From a virus (taxonomy: Duplodnaviria > Heunggongvirae > Uroviricota > Caudoviricetes): a DNA stretch of 16,108 nt. The DNA lies in IMG/VR virus record IMGVR_UViG_3300010279_000462; one strand, written 5' to 3'. Below the pieces are notes generated by a model. The model was not told the DNA's origin and did not search any database. It worked only from the letters and a program-made list of their open reading frames with translations. This document shows, piece after piece, positions 13,885-16,108 of this stretch. The position numbers and the translations under genes were made by a program. Numbering within the stretch: the first letter of the stretch is position 1; every line of letters begins with the position of its first letter.

Positions 13885-15108
13885 ATGCCAGAGGTACACG
13901 CGATCCTCTCTGCTTCCAGCTCGAAGCGGTGGCTGAACTGTACGCCATCAGCAAGGCTGGAACAGAACTTCCCCAACGAATCCTCGGTGTATGCCGAGGA
14001 AGGAACAGCCGCCCATGCGCTGGGCGAGTATAAACTGCGCAAGTATCTGCACGAGCGGGTCAGAAGGCCGACATCCGAGTTCGACAATGAGGAGATGGAA
14101 GCCAACACCGATATCTATGCCGAGTTCATCATTACCACTGTGGAGAAGATCAAGGAAACCTGTCCGCATCCGCTGGTCATGGTGGAGGAACGGCTGGATT
14201 ACAGCTATCTGGTCCCGCAGGGCTTCGGCACAGGCGACTGCGTGGTCATTGCAGACGGCACTCTTTACGTCATGGACTACAAGAACGGCAAAGGTGTGTT
14301 CGTCAGCTGTGACCATAACCCACAGATGATGCTGTACGCCTTGGGCGCATACCACGCCTATGGCTACCTGTACAGCATTACGAAGGTGTCTATGACCATC
14401 ATCCAGCCGAGGTTGGAGAACATCTCCACCTTCGAGTGCAGCGTGGATGAGCTATTGGACTGGGCTGAGAACTATGTCCGCCCCAGAGCCAAGCTCGCCT
14501 TTGAAGGCAAGGGTGAGCAGGTTCCCGGTGACTGGTGCCGATTCTGTCGCGCCAGGACATGTTGTAAGGCCTGCGCCGCAGAAGCAATGGATCTGGTCAA
14601 GACGGAGTTCCTTGATCTGGATTCTGGGGTGCTGACGGATGAAACCGAGGAGACAGATGCGACCGCATCCTACGACCCGGACACCACAGCACCGACCTTC
14701 AAGTCTCCATCGCTGCTGACCAAAACAGAGATCGAGCAGATGCTTCCCACGCTGAACCGCATCGAATCTTGGATTGAAGCCATCTTCGCCTATGTCAGCT
14801 CCGAGGCCATCAACCACGGAGTCTGCTGGGACGGCTATAAGGTGGTGGAGGGCAGAAGTAAGCGGCAGTTCCTTGACCCGAAGGCGGTGGCAAGTGCGGC
14901 AACACAGGCCGGCTATACCGATATCTACAAGACCGAGATGATCTCTCTGACTGAGTTTGAAAAGCTCATGGGCAAGAAGAAGTTCCAGGAGATTTTGGGT
15001 GAGTATGTGGTAAAACCGCCAGGCAAGCTGGCGCTTGTCCCGGACTCCGACCCCAGACCGGCAGTTGACCTTGACACTGCCGAAGACGAATTCACACCCC
15101 TTGAATAA
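13885..15108 (+). CDS. DUF2800-family PD-(D/E)XK (Cas4-like) nuclease (407 aa)
   Basis: HAILSASSSKRWLNC, GFGTGDC..MDYKNGKG and WCRFC motifs; RBS GGAGGTG. Confidence 0.88.
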   Translation: MPEVHAILSASSSKRWLNCTPSARLEQNFPNESSVYAEEGTAAHALGEYKLRKYLHERVRRPTSEFDNEEMEANTDIYAEFIITTVEKIKETCPHPLVMVEERLDYSYLVPQGFGTGDCVVIADGTLYVMDYKNGKGVFVSCDHNPQMMLYALGAYHAYGYLYSITKVSMTIIQPRLENISTFECSVDELLDWAENYVRPRAKLAFEGKGEQVPGDWCRFCRARTCCKACAAEAMDLVKTEFLDLDSGVLTDETEETDATASYDPDTTAPTFKSPSLLTKTEIEQMLPTLNRIESWIEAIFAYVSSEAINHGVCWDGYKVVEGRSKRQFLDPKAVASAATQAGYTDIYKTEMISLTEFEKLMGKKKFQEILGEYVVKPPGKLALVPDSDPRPAVDLDTAEDEFTPLE

Positions 15109-15126
15109 ATGGAGGTAAACACAGTT

Positions 15127-15720
15127 ATGGCAAATACCAAGAAAATTTCCAGCGCGACCAAGGTGGTCATCCCTTGCCGCATTTCCTTCGCCAACATTTT
15201 TGAACCCAAGAGCATCAACGGCAGTGAAGCAAAGTATTCCGTTTCCTGCCTGATCCCCAAGGCGGACAAGAAGACTCTGCTGGCGATCCACAAGGCTATC
15301 GAAGCCGCCAAGGAGGACGGCAAGACCCGCCGTTGGGGCGGTAAGCTGCCTCCCAACCTCAAGCTGCCCCTGCGTGATGGCGACATCGACCGCCCGGACG
15401 ATGAGAACTACACCGACTGCTTCTTCCTGAACGCAACCAGCAAGGATGCCCCGCAGGTGGTTGACCGCCATGTGCAGCCTGTGACCGACCCCATGATGGT
15501 CTACTCCGGCTGCTACTGTAATGTCAGCGTCAACTTCTACGCCTTCAACGCCAACGGCAACCGTGGTGTTGCGGCGGGCCTGGGCAATGTCCAGTTCGTC
15601 AAGGATGGCGACCGTCTGTCCGGCAAGTCTTCTGCGGACGCAGATTTCGATGCGCTGGAGGACGATAACGAAGTCCTCGGCGGCGACTCCGGCGAGGAGC
15701 TGCCCGATTACCTGCGCTGA
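15127..15720 (+). CDS. DUF2815-family (T7 gp2.5-like) single-stranded DNA-binding protein (197 aa)
   Basis: ISFANIFEP, KYSVSCLIPK, LKLPLRDGD, YSGCY, NRGVAAGLGNVQ motifs and acidic tail; RBS GGAGG before ATG 15127. Confidence 0.9.
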   Translation: MANTKKISSATKVVIPCRISFANIFEPKSINGSEAKYSVSCLIPKADKKTLLAIHKAIEAAKEDGKTRRWGGKLPPNLKLPLRDGDIDRPDDENYTDCFFLNATSKDAPQVVDRHVQPVTDPMMVYSGCYCNVSVNFYAFNANGNRGVAAGLGNVQFVKDGDRLSGKSSADADFDALEDDNEVLGGDSGEELPDYLR

Positions 15721-15732
15721 GTACACAGATGG

Positions 15733-15760
15733 GGGAGGGGCCTACGGGCCTCTCCTTTTT
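15733..15760 (+). terminator. Rho-independent terminator or attenuator within the replication operon
   Basis: GGAGGGGCC-TACG-GGCCTCTCC stem with a cUACGg loop, then TTTTT. Confidence 0.7.
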
Positions 15761-15784
15761 ACATGGCGAATCGAGGTGAATGAC

Positions 15785-16108
15785 TTGAAAGAAATACTGA
15801 TCGATATTGAGACCTATAGCGAGGTGGACATCGGGAAATGTGGGCTGTACCGCTATGCGACAGACCCCAGCACCGAGATCCTGCTGATTGCATGGGCAAC
15901 GGACGATGGCAACGGTTTTGGCGAGACACAGTGCGCCGACCTTGCCACAGGCGACCCGTTTCCGCAGGAGCTTCTGGATGCCTTCAAGGACAGCAATGTA
16001 AAGCTGATCGCCCACAATGCTTCCTTTGAGCGGGTCAACTTCTCCTGCTATTTGAACCGGAACCATCCGGGACAGTACCTCGAACCGGGGACGTTCCTGA
16101 CACCGAAC
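15785..16108 (+). CDS. Phage-type family A DNA polymerase, N-terminal 3'-5' exonuclease domain (truncated by the window end; absent from the ORF track)
   Basis: TTG start after GAGGTG; manual translation MKEILIDIETYSEVDIGKCGLYRYATDPSTEILLIAW..KLIAHNASFER contains ExoI (DIET) and ExoII (HNASFE) motifs; frame open to the edge. Confidence 0.88.
   Translation, partial: MKEILIDIETYSEVDIGKCGLYRYATDPSTEILLIAWATDDGNGFGETQCADLATGDPFPQELLDAFKDSNVKLIAHNASFERVNFSCYLNRNHPGQYLEPGTFLTPN

Larger units (their letters stand above)
456..16108. mobile_element. Part of an integrated phage-like or ICE-like element (boundaries unknown)
   Basis: XRE/ImmA regulators, sigma-70-like factor, DUF2800-DUF2815-PolA module and mosaic base composition. 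No integrase or att site is seen, so the left limit is a guess. Confidence 0.55.

Noticed and set aside
13885-15108. CRISPR-associated cas4
   Set aside because: No repeat-spacer array or other cas genes; the context (SSB, PolA) is a phage replication and recombination module.
14452-15726. 424-aa minus-strand ORF and other long antisense ORFs (5448-6209, 7864-8574, 12891-13769, 9555-10160, 1900-2436)
   Set aside because: They shadow well-supported genes or RNA on the opposite strand, lack motifs and RBS, and are expected from GC-rich codon bias.

Overview
The window looks like an accessory and early-gene region of an integrated phage-like or ICE-like element from a Clostridia-type (Firmicutes) genome. 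No integrase, attachment site, structural genes or conjugation genes are visible, so the element's identity and boundaries cannot be fixed. Left to right it holds: (1) a VanZ-family membrane protein and a convergent acidic zinc-ribbon gene; (2) an AT-rich HEPN-like gene (RNxxxH motif) behind a hairpin-rich leader, followed only 7 nt after its stop codon by a tRNA-like RNA with D arm, T arm, variable loop and 3' CCA, whose anticodon loop is replaced by a long hairpin; (3) a coiled-coil gene, an HTH-type gene bracketed by 20-bp direct repeats, and an XRE gene; (4) a leftward operon of XRE, ImmA/IrrE peptidase, small conserved protein, HExxH protein, Y-family DNA polymerase, YolD-like protein and a 56-aa zinc-ribbon protein missing from the ORF track; (5) two perfect-consensus promoters facing each other; (6) a rightward ImmA-like peptidase/XRE fusion gene, palindromic operator-like sites and a structured leader before a sigma-70 region-4 gene; and (7) a phage-type replication module (DUF4406-like, DUF2800 nuclease, DUF2815 SSB, family A DNA polymerase cut by the window end). 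The best candidate for an undescribed system is the HEPN-like gene paired with the tRNA-mimic RNA. All family assignments are by motif recognition, without database searches.
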